Shown here: piece after piece, positions 39,291 through 55,300 of the stretch | How positions within the stretch are numbered: the stretch's first letter is position 1 | Layout: every line of letters begins with the position of its first letter | From: Felis catus | Taxonomy: Eukaryota | Length of the DNA: 64,000 bases | NCBI RefSeq assembly: GCF_018350175.1 | Contig: NC_058383.1 | Coordinates: forward strand, 8,868,001 to 8,932,000 | Direction of reading: 5' to 3' | Position numbers and translations under genes: made by a program | The notes under the pieces: generated by a model | What the model was told of the DNA's origin: nothing | Databases searched by the model: none | What the model saw: the letters and a program-made list of their open reading frames with translations, nothing else

Positions 39291-41147
39291 TAAGCCATCG
39301 CTAAGGACGTAAAACACCCTCCAGTTGTGAATACCAGGGCTCCCGAGGGCGGTCGGTCCCAGCCTGCTCCCTCCCCGGCGCGCCCACCGGGACGTCTCAG
39401 CCAACGCCCGTGCGCCCTGACCAGGGCATGCCCGGTGCAGCTCCCCGGTCCTCACGGGCGCTGCCGGGCGGGAGCAGCATCCGGATGGCATGCTGGAAGA
39501 ATCCACAGACAGGGTTCACGTCTCAGCTCTTCCTCTTACTGTGTCTGTGATCCTGAGCAAGCCACTCTCAGAGCCTCCCCTGCAAATCTGGGACGGCAAT
39601 GCCCGACGGGGGCTTATGAGCAGAAGCCATTGCTTCGCACCGCGCCTGGCAGCTAATAGTCTATTACTGTCCTCCCTGCTGCTCCAGGAAGCCGGCTCCC
39701 TTCCCCAGGCCCTCCACTGGGAGGCAGTAGCCTCGGTGGAACTGAGCTCACCACCCCTCTCCCTGGGGCTCAGCCCCAGCCCCAGGCCATTTTGCTTCGT
39801 GCGTGCGCCACCCGAGGCAGCTCTCTCTGAAGCCTCTGGGGCACACGGGCGGTGGCTTTGTCTGCCAGAATGCTAAGAGTGTTTGGTCATTTTAAACTTC
39901 CGTGCCCCCATGGTACAGCATTGACCACATGGGATTCTCCTGGTCGTAGACACCCAGAGAATGGAAACAGCCTGTCCCCAAACACGCTGTCCTTACTTCC
40001 CGAGTGTAAAGGTCAACGGAAGGAACAGCGTTGGGTGCGGTGCGTGTTAAGACAACCCCGAAGGGCGGCTGGAATTTGCGGAGGGGCCCTACGTGTCTGT
40101 TTCTCCCAGGGGATAGCACAAGAAGGAAGGAGCAATGAAGTCCAGGGAAGTTTGTGTGGTGGAGGGGTCAGGTGGCCAGCTTGCCTGGTTGAGGTTCTCT
40201 ACCCCACCACTTGTGCAAACCAGAACAAGGGAAGAAGCGGTGTCAGCTGGGAACGTTTTTAATGAAGTTAATTCACAGAAATGAAATGGCTGTGAAGCCC
40301 CATATGTTCATCAATGATCGAAATACGCAGGGATTCCTAGACCTGGGTCCTCCCCTACCTTACAGTCCCATCACGAGTCCAGAGAAGCAGGCCCGATATC
40401 TTATTGCCGCCCACCCCCTCACAGGAAGTGTCGTTTTCTGTAAACGTGGGCAAGCGGCTGAAGACAACTCTGCCGTTAGCCCACTGCTAAGTTGCAAGGT
40501 CGCAGTCGTGAGATCACGAGCGTGAAAGTCTCCACCTTGGCCTTCCCGTCCGTGTCTCCATCCTTGCTGGAGTTTCAGCCGGTGTTGGGCATGCACCGCC
40601 AATGCCGTGTGATGCGTAAATCAGTGCTCTCAGGGGTGACACTTCTCCAGAGAGATGACTGCCTCCTCTTAGAGCAGGAACTTCCGGAAGAGCTCCAGAG
40701 CAGCGCCACCGTGGAGCTGAGAAGCCAGCACAGTGGTAGCTCTAGCCGGTCCTAGCTTCTCCGAGGAAGAGCCCATCTCCCCGCGAAAGCTCTAGAAGCA
40801 ATACAGATTTCCAGGAATAATCCCCCCTGCCATACAACTGGGTGGGTCAAGCAAGTAGTAACTAGCCGTGTATACATATATCACTTTCCTGACCATCCCA
40901 AGCTCCTTGGAATGTAAATGAGATTCATTTGCCAGATGAGAATTAGATAGAATTTATTTAAAACTACCACAGCAAAAATCTGGTGAGGACTTAGGACGCT
41001 TATAGGCCCTGTGAGTTTGAAATGCAGGGAACCACAGGTTTACGAAATCGGTACACGTATCCCTAAGTGAAAATGATGGAAACAAAAAATAATAATATCT
41101 CAAATCCAGTGCTTTCCAGGCTGTAAACTTCCACTGGAAGGGCTGCT

Positions 41148-41351
41148 CTTTTTTCTTAACGTTTATTTTTGAGAGAAAGAGGGTGCATGCGTGCGAGTAG
41201 GGGAGGGGCAGAGACAGAGGGACACAGAGGATCCAAAGCCGGCTCTGTGCTGACAGCACAGAGCCCGAGGCGGGGCTGGAACTCCCGAACTGTGAGATCA
41301 CGACCTGAACTGAAGTCAGACGCTTAATTCACTGAGCCCCCCGGGAGCCCC
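41148..41351 (-). mobile_element. CanSINE
   Basis: T tail, GA tract, gctgacagcacagagccc, reverse-complement head. Confidence 0.9.
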
Positions 41352-42320
41352 TGAAGCCCCGCTTTTGTACAAGGAGGTACTCCACCGTCGCTCACACCTG
41401 CCCTGGGAGCACAGGGGGTGGTGTTTCCCTCTCGAAGACGGGAGCCCATGAGCCTGTCATCCGCGGTCACCCTGCCGCTCGGGGACCCAGGTGTCGTGTT
41501 CCCTACTCTGTGTGGTACCCAGCGCCGGCCTGTCTGATCCCAGTCTCCATTTCCGCCTAATAAGTCCTGTTAGTCACGTTCCGAACCCATCTGGTCATTC
41601 AGGTTGTGCCGCATTCTCATTTGTGCCTTCAAAAGTGCCGGCCCCTCTTCACCCGAGGCTGAATGGCTCTCAGAGAAGAGAAATTTTCTCTTGAAGCCTC
41701 TGACGAACCCAGCAGCCCTGGTGTCGCTGTGCTCTCCAGAGCAGAATTCCCTCTGATCGGCCTGGGGAGCGGGCTGCCCACCACGGCCTCGGAGAAAAGG
41801 CTTCGAGGAAGGGGTTGCGATCGCCTTTGAGCTCCAGTCAGCAGAGGCAGCTGAGACTGCGGGAATAGACTTTAGAATTGGAAATGGCCTGCTTTTCAGA
41901 AAAACAGCGCTAAGGGGCTCTTTCTCCTTCTCTTTCCTGCTGTGACCTTGGGTCAAGTGGCCTGTTTTCTCAGCAAGACCGGATAACCTTGCTAATCGTG
42001 AAAGGAGCCAGACAGCCCTGTGGTTTGAGGTTGTATAAGAGAGGGCTCCCCGTGTGCTATTAACCTCCTGAGCTTGGGTGAGGGATTAACCACCTCTGAT
42101 AAGCGCTGCCGGTGTCCTCCAGGCCTCGGTGCCTCCGGAGCCTGAAGGCTTTTTTGCGAGAGACGTCGTTGTGGCCAGCAGCACGCGGGAGTGGTACTGT
42201 CTCCGTCACCAGTGGAGTTCGTCACAAGTCTGGCTGAAGAGCTCTTTCTAACAAGGGCTGGCTCCGAGGCGGGACCCAGCTGACCAGACTCTGGGTCTTT
42301 CGACCCGTGCCTGAATTTAA

Positions 42321-42725
<405 letters not shown>

Positions 42726-44734
42726 TGACAATTATCAATGGAGGAGTACCTAAGAGGACTGGGAAGGTTTGTGACTTTTCTACCCAGCCGACTGAACCCA
42801 AATACGTTTTAGCATTGAGGGGGCCACTCTGAGAGTTCCTCACGGTCGCCCTGGCGGTCAGCGTAGCCCTTCTCTTGTTTCAGGCCACCAAGAAGCGAGC
42901 GTCACAGCACTCGGTGGCGGCCCGTTTGTTTCTTGTCTTTGCCTGGCTGGGCGCCCGGGGAGCTCTGTCTCTTGCATGTGGACCACGAGCCAGGGTCTTC
43001 CGTCTCCCGTCTTATCGGAGAGCTCATTTATAAACACATTTGTAGACAAGGAAACCCGCGTTCGGAGAAGCCAGGTGCCTCCGTTAAGGTTACCCCGCCT
43101 GGTCACCGGAAGAGCACATTCCGGCCAGAACAGATCCCTCTTGCTGTTACTTTATGGGCTGTGGGGCTGCGTGGGATTAGCCTCCTTGAGGGCCAAGCGT
43201 GGCTGTTCTTTCCGTGCGCATCCGGAGCCCTCTCGGATGCTGATCGGCATTCTTCCCGCACCCCGGAGGCCACGACACGGGAGAAATCCCAAAGCAGGGG
43301 CACCTTGGTGGTGACAAGGAATGTCTTCTCTGTCTCCTGGTCTGTACTGGTACCTGCTGCTCCTCCCCACGGAGGGCACGGTGGCCTGAGCTCACGGAGT
43401 GGTCGAACCCGAGTCCCTCAGATGTGGGAACGAGGCACCACCCACCCACGTGGCTGAGGCGTGCGTGTCTGAGCCGGGGGCCAGGCACCAAGCCCAGGCT
43501 TGCGTCCCGAGTTCACCAAGGGAGTCTGCTGTTCGCCGCCGGCCTAGTGGCACTCTTGTCACCCAGCCAGGGCTGGAGCTCCGGGAGGAAGCAGGCACCT
43601 CTGACGTCTCTTCCCAGAGCTCTGTGGGGTCAGGCCTTGTCTAAAGACGGAGACTTCGGGTCCTGAGGCTCCTGTTTGGCGCGGTGCCCAAACTTGACTC
43701 GGTCCACACAGCTCTGCCTAGCGTAGGCATATTATCCAGGAGAGACGAGGCCCTCGCGTTATGAGACTTGTCTGCTTTCAACCGCCGGCCTCATAAGTAG
43801 GGAGCCGGCACCCAGACTCACGGGCCATCAGGCTCTGAAGCTGGTGCTCTCAGATGTGTGTTGTGCGGCCTTCTGTCCAGAATCAGCCACACTGGGGCCC
43901 TGTGCCCAGGCAGCAGCCTTCCACCCCACCCAGGGCCCTCCAGTGGACCCTGGCCTGCCTCCCGGTGTGTAGACCACGGCTCTGACATAGGCCACGACCC
44001 TTTGGGCAGCTGCACATGATGTGACGCCTGGTGCCGCATCACCCCCAAAAGTTTTTTTAACATTTCCAACCCTTGGGGAAATTTCACATAAAGACGTAGA
44101 ATGGCATCGTGAACCCCATATATCCATCACCGAGTTGCGACACTTATCAGTGCTCACCCAAGCAATGTTAGAGCTCTCTGCGTTGTCAAGGGGCGGGGCC
44201 TGCCACCTTGAGCTCCATGAGGCCTTCCGCGGCGCCCTGTGCTGGGGAACCCCTCCCTGTGCCCGGCCCTCCGAGGCCACCTCCTGCACAGCCTCCCGTC
44301 GCTGCAGGTGTCAGGAGGGGGACAGCCCTGGTTCTGCCACCCTGGCGTGCTTCTCCTAGGCCACTAGGAAAGGACCCTTGCCCCCACAGGTAGATCTCTG
44401 GGGGGCGGCACAGGCCTCCTTCTTTCCGCACGGGCTCTGGGCGCCATCTTGTGTTCCAAAGGAGTTACTGTTTCAGCCAGGCCCAGGCCCCTCCCCACGT
44501 CCCAAGTTCCCGAAAAGCGGCTGTGGCCCCACTGTCTTCTCCCTCTAGTAGGGATGCTCACTGGAGGAGCCTTCACCACAGTGGGTGACCCCGAGCACAG
44601 CACTTCCCTGGGATTTCTGCCGATTACCGGCCGTCCACCCAGTGGGAGCGGCCGGCAGGCTCATTTCTTTCTGGCCACTGACAGTATGATTTTCGTTTTC
44701 TTTGGGGGAAGATTTGCCTTCTCGGCTGTGTCCT

Positions 44735-44890
44735 AGGTCAGTCATAAAATGGCAAGTTAGTTAAGTAACTCCTTAGTCTAAGTTTCTGCATCTGTAGAAA
44801 GGGGATGGTAATATGACCTCCTTCAGGTTTGTGAGCATTAGGAAGAATGTACGGAACTTAACCACCAGCACATCTAAGTGCTCTGTATGT
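44735..44890 (+). mobile_element. MIR SINE remnant
   Basis: ggcaagttagttaa...agtttctgcatctgtagaaaggggatggtaata. Confidence 0.6.
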
Positions 44891-45384
44891 CACAGTTTTT
44901 AAAATAAGTTGGGGTCCTCTAAAGCAGATGAAAGTCCATCATGCTCCCAGGCTGGACTCTATGAAAAAGTGAGCACCGGGTGATCCAGACTATGGGGTTC
45001 ACACGTGCGTCATGCTTCCCTCTCTTCCAGAAAGATTTTGCTGCTTCTCCCGTTAGCTCGAATCTTTTATTGCTCTTTTTCCTTCTTCATAAACTTTTGT
45101 CTCCATCCTGGTCTGCCTTCTTGCTTTCCGTCCCTTCACGAGACGGCCCTTGAACCAACCTGTCCACACAGCCACCAGCCCCTAGACGTGCACCCGTACA
45201 GCGTGGGCTAGCTCATCGGTATCTCTTCCTGGTGGCTACAGATGGACCCTGACAATCCATAGTCTTCTCCTGTAACATTTTTTTGAGACCTGAACATCAG
45301 TGCCGCTGAAGGGCGTGCTCCCGTGCTGCGGGGCCGGGGCACTGGCCACCATCAGGCAGCTCAAGGCAAGCAGCACTGCCCAGC

Positions 45385-45500
45385 ACGGACTTGGGTCAGA
45401 CCTCAGTCCTGTCACTTACCAGCTGTGTGACCTGAAGCCCAGCATTTCACTTCTCCAGGCCTCGGTTTCTTCCCCTGTACGCAGGGGCGGCAGTGACCCC
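45385..45500 (+). mobile_element. MIR SINE remnant
   Basis: tcacttaccagctgtgtgacct...gcctcggtttcttcccctgta. Confidence 0.65.
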
Positions 45501-46299
45501 TCTCCCACCGCATACGTGGGAGGATCCCGTCCCAGATGTTGGCCACTCCGCTCCTCCTATTCAATAATATTACCTCCCATCTTCCATCAGTTTTAAGAAA
45601 TTTTCAAGGATTTGCAGACTGTATTCCAACCAAGCTAATCCACTAGAAAGATCACTATGGATGACTTACTGGCTCAAGCCCGAATGGGTTTTAACTTGAA
45701 GCATAGCTGGGGACAGGTGATGCATAAGGACAGACGGGGCAGATGAAACCCCAACAGCACAGAGAGAACAGAGAACTTGAATCTGGAGGCGCGTCCCCTT
45801 TACTTCACTGCTGCCCACTGCTCCCCCCTGCATTCCTTCCACAGTAAAAAGCCCTATCAAGGGCACAAGGACCCTGTTTGTCCCCAAAAGCAAGGGCAAG
45901 GGCAAGTCCCCCAGGGCAGGTGCCTGTTCCCTGAAGCGCCGAGCCCCCTCCAGCCGCCGCCCACCCCCGCACTACTGGACTTTTTCTCAAGACCATGGCC
46001 CCTGGATTGCTGCCTTCCTCCGTGCCCACGTCCCACCTCATTCGGGGGTGTTTTAAGACCCTCAGACCCCGTCCAGGGCCAGGCCTCAAGTTCTTTGATC
46101 TCCTTAACCCTGGGCTTTTCCCCAAGTCTTGCTGTCACCCACGACTACTCTACTTCTCAGAGACTAAACCCAGGCACCCCACTCACTGACCACGTTCTGC
46201 TGCCCTTCTGTCTTTCCATGTCTCTCGTGTTCCGGGGCTCATTCTGCCTCCAGGCCCGCCGATCCCTGTTCCCACCCTTGTCCCCATCATTTTGCTACC

Positions 46300-48684
<2,385 letters not shown>

Positions 48685-48971
48685 TAGTTTGGCTTTTTGT
48701 GTTTCGTCGGAGTCTTCAGCTCCCCAGGTGGAGGATCACGTCATTAGGGACAATCCACGTCTGTCTGCTGTGCTAGGAAAACGAGATCACTTAGCGAGGG
48801 AGAGCGTAGGCGGCCGCGGTTCCATAGCAGCCAGCCTGTCTCAGTGCAGACCCAAAGGTTCTTTTACAGCATTGTCTTCCAAATCAGCCTGGTTTGTTTC
48901 GAAATGAACTAAATCCAGTCAAATTAATGAGATTTATTGAGCACCTACCAGATCTCCAGACACTGAGCCAA

Positions 48972-49009
48972 GTATGTATTTTGAGAGAGAGAGTGCACGA
49001 GGAGGGGAG

Positions 49010-49064
<55 letters not shown>

Positions 49065-49198
49065 GAGAGAGAATCCCAGGCAAGCTGCACGTCGTCATTG
49101 CAGAGCCCGGCATGGGGCTCCATCCCACGAACCAGAAGATCAAGCCCTGAGCCGAAACCGAGTGGGACGCTTAACCGACTGAGCCACTCAGGTGCCCC
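48972..49198 (-). mobile_element. CanSINE, flanked by MIR-like sequence
   Basis: (GA)n tract, ttaaccgactgagccactcaggtgcccc; flank cattttacagatgaa. Confidence 0.88.
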
Positions 49199-50223
49199 TT
49201 CCCTGCATTTTACAGATGAAAGACCTAAAACTCACTCAGACTAAATACCTGACCTAGGCGTGTCAGCTTAGGGCCTAGTGCTCCCCCGTAGAATGAAGCC
49301 GACTGGGGTAAGATGTTTGGATTAGGTCATGACACCCACATACGATGAGTTGTCGATCGTAGCTGCAACCAAGACTTCCTGCCGCTCGAAACCGGGACTT
49401 CCCGGTGGCCTGATGGAAACCCCTGCTTGTTTAATGCCCTGAAGTGACTGTCTCAAACTGCTGGTTGTCATCAGAACGTCATTTTCTCCAGGGCCCAACA
49501 AAACTGAGTCGGGGGCTCCTGGTTCTACCCAGGGGACAAGCACACGCAGGTGGCCAGTGCGGGCGGAGCCCTCACGGTTACTCACCTGAGACAGGTGTCG
49601 GGCAACAGAGTACATCCCAGGCAGCCGGGGACCACAGGGACTGGTGTCTCGGACTGGGCCCTGCCTCACCTGTTAGGTTCTGCTGCAGCTTCCCAAGCCG
49701 CCCTGGTAACCACCCCCCCCCCAGCCCACCAGGTGCTAAACAAGGTGGGGACTTTGAAGATATTAGATGGGACCCAAAACGGTACCTTTACTGCCGGCGA
49801 AAGCTAAGTAAGCCTTTGTAGCTTAGTGTGAGAGCCAGACAGACCTGCTGCCTGACTCCTGGAACCAGGCAAGGGGAGCCACGATGGCAGCACCGTCCCC
49901 AGCCGGCCTCCCGGGCGCGGCCTGGCTCCCACGAGGACAAAGACCGTACACGAACTGAGCACAGCCAGCTTCTTCATCCTCAATGTACAGATGAGACAAG
50001 AACAGAGGCAGAGCGAGGCTAGCAGTTGCAGTGGTGGAGCTCCCTCCACCCGGACGGAAGCTCTGAGAGCGGGAAACAGTGAAATGAAGGCGAAGGAACG
50101 GAATCCTGGGCAGAGGATCACCGGAGCCTCTCCCCGCCAGGTGTTATGCAATCCCATTTTTACTTTCTGGACACAAAGGTGCATTGGAATGTGTTCTTTT
50201 GGGTCTTCTGCAACTATGTTCGC

Positions 50224-50418
50224 TTTTTTTTTTTAATACTTATTTTTGAGAGAGGGACACACAGAGCATGGGGGGGGGGGGCAGGCAGAGAGAGAGAGAG
50301 AGGGCGACACAGAATCCAAAGCAGGCTCCAGGTTCTGAGGGGTTTGAACTCACAAAGCTCGAGATCATGACCTGAGCCAGAGTCGGATGCTTAACTGACG
50401 GAGCCACCCAGGCACCCC
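50224..50418 (-). mobile_element. CanSINE
   Basis: T tail, gagatcatgacctgagcc, gagccacccaggcacccc. Confidence 0.9.
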
Positions 50419-51264
50419 AAGCGACGTCCCCTTCAGTGCAAGCACGGGAACCCTGGAGACGGCAGAGTTATCTGGGTCGGTTGCCACCTGTTACCCAAAA
50501 CACCTCCAAAACATTTCCCCTGGCCCTGCTGGGGTCGCCTCGTTCCCCAGACCCTCCCCTACAGGCCTCAGCTGAACGACAGTCACTGCCTCCTGGCCGG
50601 GGCACGCTCTCGCCCGGTTTCTTAGCTTTGGTCACTCGCCTTCCTGACAACTGTGTAACGCCCATCACAGTACAGGTGGTCAGCTGCTCACTGTGGAGAC
50701 GCCCCATGTGTGCATTTAACAGGACCAGGGTCAACCATGCACCACAAAAGTAAAGTAAAGACAGAAGGGGGAGAGAGGAGGAGGAGGAAGAGAACCCCAA
50801 AACTTAGGAAATGAGCTCAGATGCAGATCTAGAGTGGATGCTCAGTAAATGTTTTCTTGCAAAAATAACCGTAACAAAGCTTGGCCAGGCTGACAAACGG
50901 AAGAACCTAGGGCAGAGATTCACTTCAGCTGCCGAGATCTGGAAAGATCTTCTGCAAGAGGTAGGAGATGTGCAGGGTCTTGACAAAAGAACTGAGAAGA
51001 ATTTTATAAGCCACAAAATAGATCAGATGAGAAGTGAGCACTAGGTCATTCAGAATTGGCATAAAGCCCCAAGAACTGAGGTCACTTGGGTCACCCGGGA
51101 GGCAAAGTGCAGAGCAGAGATTCAGACGGAGAGCACACCCCCTCCATGGCCTTTAGCTCTTCCAACTAGATGCTTCCAGCAGAGACCAGCCCGGTAGACC
51201 CCAGAGCTTCTTACAAGAACTGGCACACAGCAGCACTTAGCACACATGCACAGAGTTCCTTTCC

Positions 51265-51464
51265 TTTTTCTTAAAATGCTGATTTATTTTGAGAGAGAGA
51301 GAGAGAGAGAGCACGCAGGGGAGGGGCAGAGAGAGAGAATCCCAAGCAGGCTCCACATTATCAGCACAGAGCCGGACACAGGGCTCGAACCCAGAAACCA
51401 GGAGATCATGACCTGAGCGGAAACCAAGAGTCAGACACTTAACAGACTGAGCCACCCAGGCCCC
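51265..51464 (-). mobile_element. CanSINE
   Basis: gagatcatgacctgagc...gactgagccacccaggcccc; CAC(A/T)GAGTTCCT flanks. Confidence 0.9.
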
Positions 51465-53818
51465 TGACACACACACTGAGTTCCTAAGGGAGGAGATGTC
51501 TCTCATATTCTGCAGGAGTTAATTAAACAGGAGAAGTTGACTTTTTTTTTTCTCCTGCCCACGGGAACCCACAGGGAACATTGGTGGGGCAGGGGGCGGT
51601 TGGAGATCGATTTTCACCCCCATCAAAAGAGTAAAACTTTGCTTCCTCTTACCATTTCACCCTCAAGGAATTAGAAGTATCTTAGGGTGACCATTTACCC
51701 GGGCACAGGGCCAGGAATGCCAGAACAGGGTGTCACAGGACACCTGGTCTCCTCCCAGAAGAACAGGTCCACCCAGTAGAAACTCTTCTGAACCCTAAAT
51801 ACCGTGGCGCCCTGCAAACCTCACCTTACATGCATGGCTCTCTGCTCCCGGGCCCTGGTGTTTCTAGCTCAGAAGAGGATATTCCTCACAGACACGGAGA
51901 CAAATCTAGGCGAGGAAAGATGATGTCTCCTGTCGCCTGAGCATAGAACGTGTGCCAGGCACCGAGCCGGGAGCATCATGTGTGTTGTCTCATCAGATCC
52001 TCTGATCGGCAGCGGAGTGCGGTGCTACCGGCCCCATTTTCCAGACAGAGGTTACACGGGTTCACCCAGCTGCAGAGGGGGGCGGCCAGGATGCCAGGCC
52101 ACAGGCACGAAGCTGTCCCTTCCCGCCCCGCAGCCCCTTGACCTCAGCCTTAGCACTTACAACGGGGATTGTGGCATTCAAAAGGCAGCTGGATGGTCAG
52201 AACAGTGCCCTTTTTTTCTGGGTCTACTTTGTGTCCCATATTATGCGTTAATATTTTATTCCTAACATCTCTGCACGGAAGAAACTATTCTCCATGATTT
52301 TCAGATCATACGGAGAGGCTCCAAAAGGTTCAGGAATTTTTGCCATGTTGCAGAGCTAGTAAGTTTACAAACCCAGGTTTGCCTGGTTCCACAGAGCCTG
52401 TGCTCCGTTCTGGGGCGAGTCTACCCCTGGGACTCAGAGTTACAACCCACAGGTCTGCCTGTCTGGCCTCCCACCTCCCCAGCCAGGGTGGGATGGGATT
52501 AGGTGTTCACCCCGGCTGGCATTCTTGGCTGCCAAGGGGCCTGAAAGGCAGCAGACAGGCCTGCCCTCACAGCATAGCATCCAGGAACCTGACGGCAGGG
52601 GCTCCCACTTAATAGGCTCCCATGGGAGCCCAGAGAGGGAGGAAAGTCTTCTGTTCCCCCTGAGAACTTCGGGAGGGGGGTGGGGTGCTTTAGGACCTCA
52701 CCCTGAAGCTCTGGCTCAGAAACCATCCTCTGGACAAGAGTCCTCCGCAGGGAGCAAATAAGTGTTGACACATCAGTGCCATCAGGGTTCTGATACACTG
52801 GACTAAACTACAGCCAGATTCCCGGTGGCTTCAACGCTGCCCTCCTCCAACACAAGACCTGGCATATAGTGGACTCTCAAAACAGGTTACCTTCACTGGG
52901 GTCTACGTACTGCAGAAAATATTTTTATGCACGCCTAGCCCAAGGCCCGGTTTCCTTCTGCAAGACAGTGGGCTTAGTGCTAACTTGACCTGAGGATGCT
53001 TTTCCACGAACAGTTGGCACATTAATCAGAGGCTTTTTCAGCTCTTTGGAACCACCTAGAGAGACTTCTCATCGAGCCTAGTACAGTGGGCAAGATGAAG
53101 GAGAAACGCAGGCACAAAAGCAGACTTAACAAGAGCCATTTCATGACGTCCCAAACCAGGGACGGCCAGGGCCCGTGTGCAGCTGCTTCCTTCACACCCA
53201 ACAAAGTATGGGAGCTTGATTGTGACACGCTTGCTGTGTTGGAGCGCGTGTCTGGTCTCCTTCCTGCTTGTTCAAAAGTGACCCTTCCCCGGTCTCCTCT
53301 TAAAGGAGGGAATTGGTTGACACATAATCTGGGAGAACCCTGCCCGGGGCCTTGACCCCTGACCTGTGGCTCAGACACTTTGGGCGACTACCCAGAGTCC
53401 CGGTGAGGAAGCCGTGGCTACCATCCATTCTGCATTTCCATGTGTTAGTTCGGTCCTCATTTAAGACCCTGTACCAAGCACCATGCCGGGCCTGGGGTGC
53501 GCGAAGGGTGGGCCGCGCCATTCACAGCGCGATTGGAGGTGGGGTGGGACAGGAGATGCAGGAAAAGTGCCATTGAACAAGTAACCCTGGCGCGCCATCC
53601 TCCCTGAAAAGAGGGGCCTGGCACCGGCCCCGAGGGGCGACTCGGGCAAAGGCACTGACTTTGGGAGGTGGCGGGGGCGAGGCCCGGGCCTGGCGTGGGG
53701 GGTGACGCCGGGGGCGGGGCGGGGCGCGCCCTGCCTGGCTGGGGAGGGGTCCCCCGCGACTCCAAGCGCGCGCACGGCAGCCCCCTGCTCACGGCGGCGC
53801 CCCGCTTGTGTCTCGCAG

Positions 53819-54545
53819 GTCTCGGATCCGCAGAGAACTGTTCATTGAGGAGATTCAGGCCGGGAGCCAGGGCCAGGCCGGGGCCAGCGACTCCCCGTCG
53901 GCCCGAAGCGGCCGAGCCGCGCCCAGCTCGGAGGGCGACAGCTGCGACGGCGTGGAGGCCGCCGAGGGCCCGAGCGCCGCGGACGCCGAGGAGTCGGGCG
54001 GCCCCGCGGCCGCCGCCAAGTCTCAGGGAGGGCCGGCCGACGCGGCCGCGGCCCCGGAGGAGCGGGAGGAGCCGCCCAGGCCGGCGGAGAAGGCGCATCC
54101 GCCGCCCTCGGGGGCCCCGGCCCCGGACGACGCGGACGACGAGGGCCGGCCCCGGGCGCCGCCGCCGCCCCCTCCGCCGCCGCCGCCGCCGCCCGAGGGC
54201 CCCGCCGACGGCCCGGGGCCCGTGCCAAACCCCGCCGCCGCCGCCGCCGCCGCCGCGCCCGCGGCCGGGGAGGACGCCGCTACCTCAGCCGCCCCGCCGG
54301 CGGAGGGCCCCTGCCGGGCCCGGGACGGCGCCGACAGGAGTTCCGCTTTGCCAAGCACCAGCGCGCCGGCGGCCGCCCGCAGGGCCAGCTCGCTGCAGAG
54401 CCTCTTCGGCCTCCCGGAGGCGGCGGGCGCCAGGGACTCTCGAGACAACCCCTTGAGGAAGAAGAAGGCCGCGAACTTGAACAGCATAATCCACCGCCTG
54501 GAGAAGGCCGCCAGCCGGGAGGAGCCCATCGAATGGGAGTTCTGA
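53819..54545 (+). CDS. CUX1: CUX1 last exon (about 24) coding part: end of homeodomain and Pro/Ala-rich repression region ending EEPIEWEF*
   Basis: tctcgcag acceptor; SRIRRELF...[26 protein letters not shown] at 54543-54545. Confidence 0.97.
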
Positions 54546-54570
54546 GAGGGCGCTGCCCGCCCGTCCCGCC

Positions 54571-54740
54571 GAGCCGAGCCGAGCAGAGTCGGGCCGAGCC
54601 GAGCCGGGCCGAGCTGGGCCGGGCCGGGCCGAGCTAAGCCGGGTCTGGCCGAACCGGGCCGGGCCGAGCCGAGCTGGGCCGAGCCGAGCCGAGCCGAGCC
54701 GAGCCGAGCCGAGCTGAGCTGGGCAGGGCTGGGCCGGGCA
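54571..54740 (+). repeat. Tandem array of 34 pentamers (GAGCC/GGGCC/GAGCT/GGGCT and variants)
   Basis: 5-nt register is unbroken over 170 nt. Confidence 0.95.
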
Positions 54741-55289
54741 GAGGGGCGGGCGCCGACTCCGCGGCCTGGACCGTGTTGCGCACTTAACCGCCCTGCGGGC
54801 CACAGGGCAAAATCGCCATAGGCCAAGGTGCATATAGAAAACAAAGGAGCATTAAGCCCAATCTATGTCGTGTTTTCAAGGAAGAAAACGGAAATGTGTA
54901 GTCGAGCTTTTTTGTACCCTGAAGTGTTTTTTTTTATTGCCCTAAGTGATTTCCACAGGTTCTGGAATAACTCTTACAGCTTTGCCTTGCGCCCTCCTCT
55001 TTCGTGTGGGCTTTAAAAAAAAAAAAAAAAATCAAACCCACATATTAAAAGGGGGCTTTTTATCTGCCATCTAATGGCTTCAGAGCGATAATACACTATT
55101 ATCTTCTTAAACCAGGAAAAAAAAGGGGGGGGGGGTGGGAGGGGGGATTTTTCAGAAAAATTAAAAAAAGAAAGTTTTTGTAGCTGTTCAGTTGCCACTA
55201 AGAGATTGCACAGTCAAACCGACTCTAAACACACTAGTTTGGATTCCTAAATATTTTCAAGTAAAGAATCTTCTCGTTTGAAACTTTGA

Positions 55290-55300
55290 ATTAAAATAAA
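55290..55300 (+). terminator. Proximal polyadenylation signal (overlapping ATTAAA/AATAAA)
   Basis: ATTAAAATAAA followed by CA sites and a T-rich stretch at about 55317-55324. Confidence 0.65.

Larger units (their letters stand above)
53480..54800. promoter_or_regulatory. CpG-island-like region over the last exon
   Basis: Very GC- and CpG-dense by inspection; GGGGCGGGGC boxes at about 53711-53725. Confidence 0.75.

Noticed and set aside
53457..54844. Long overlapping and antisense ORFs (213, 262, 273 and 182 aa), including ARLGS repeats
   Set aside because: Extreme GC content and the pentamer array suppress stop codons; the translations are low-complexity shadows of CUX1 exon 24
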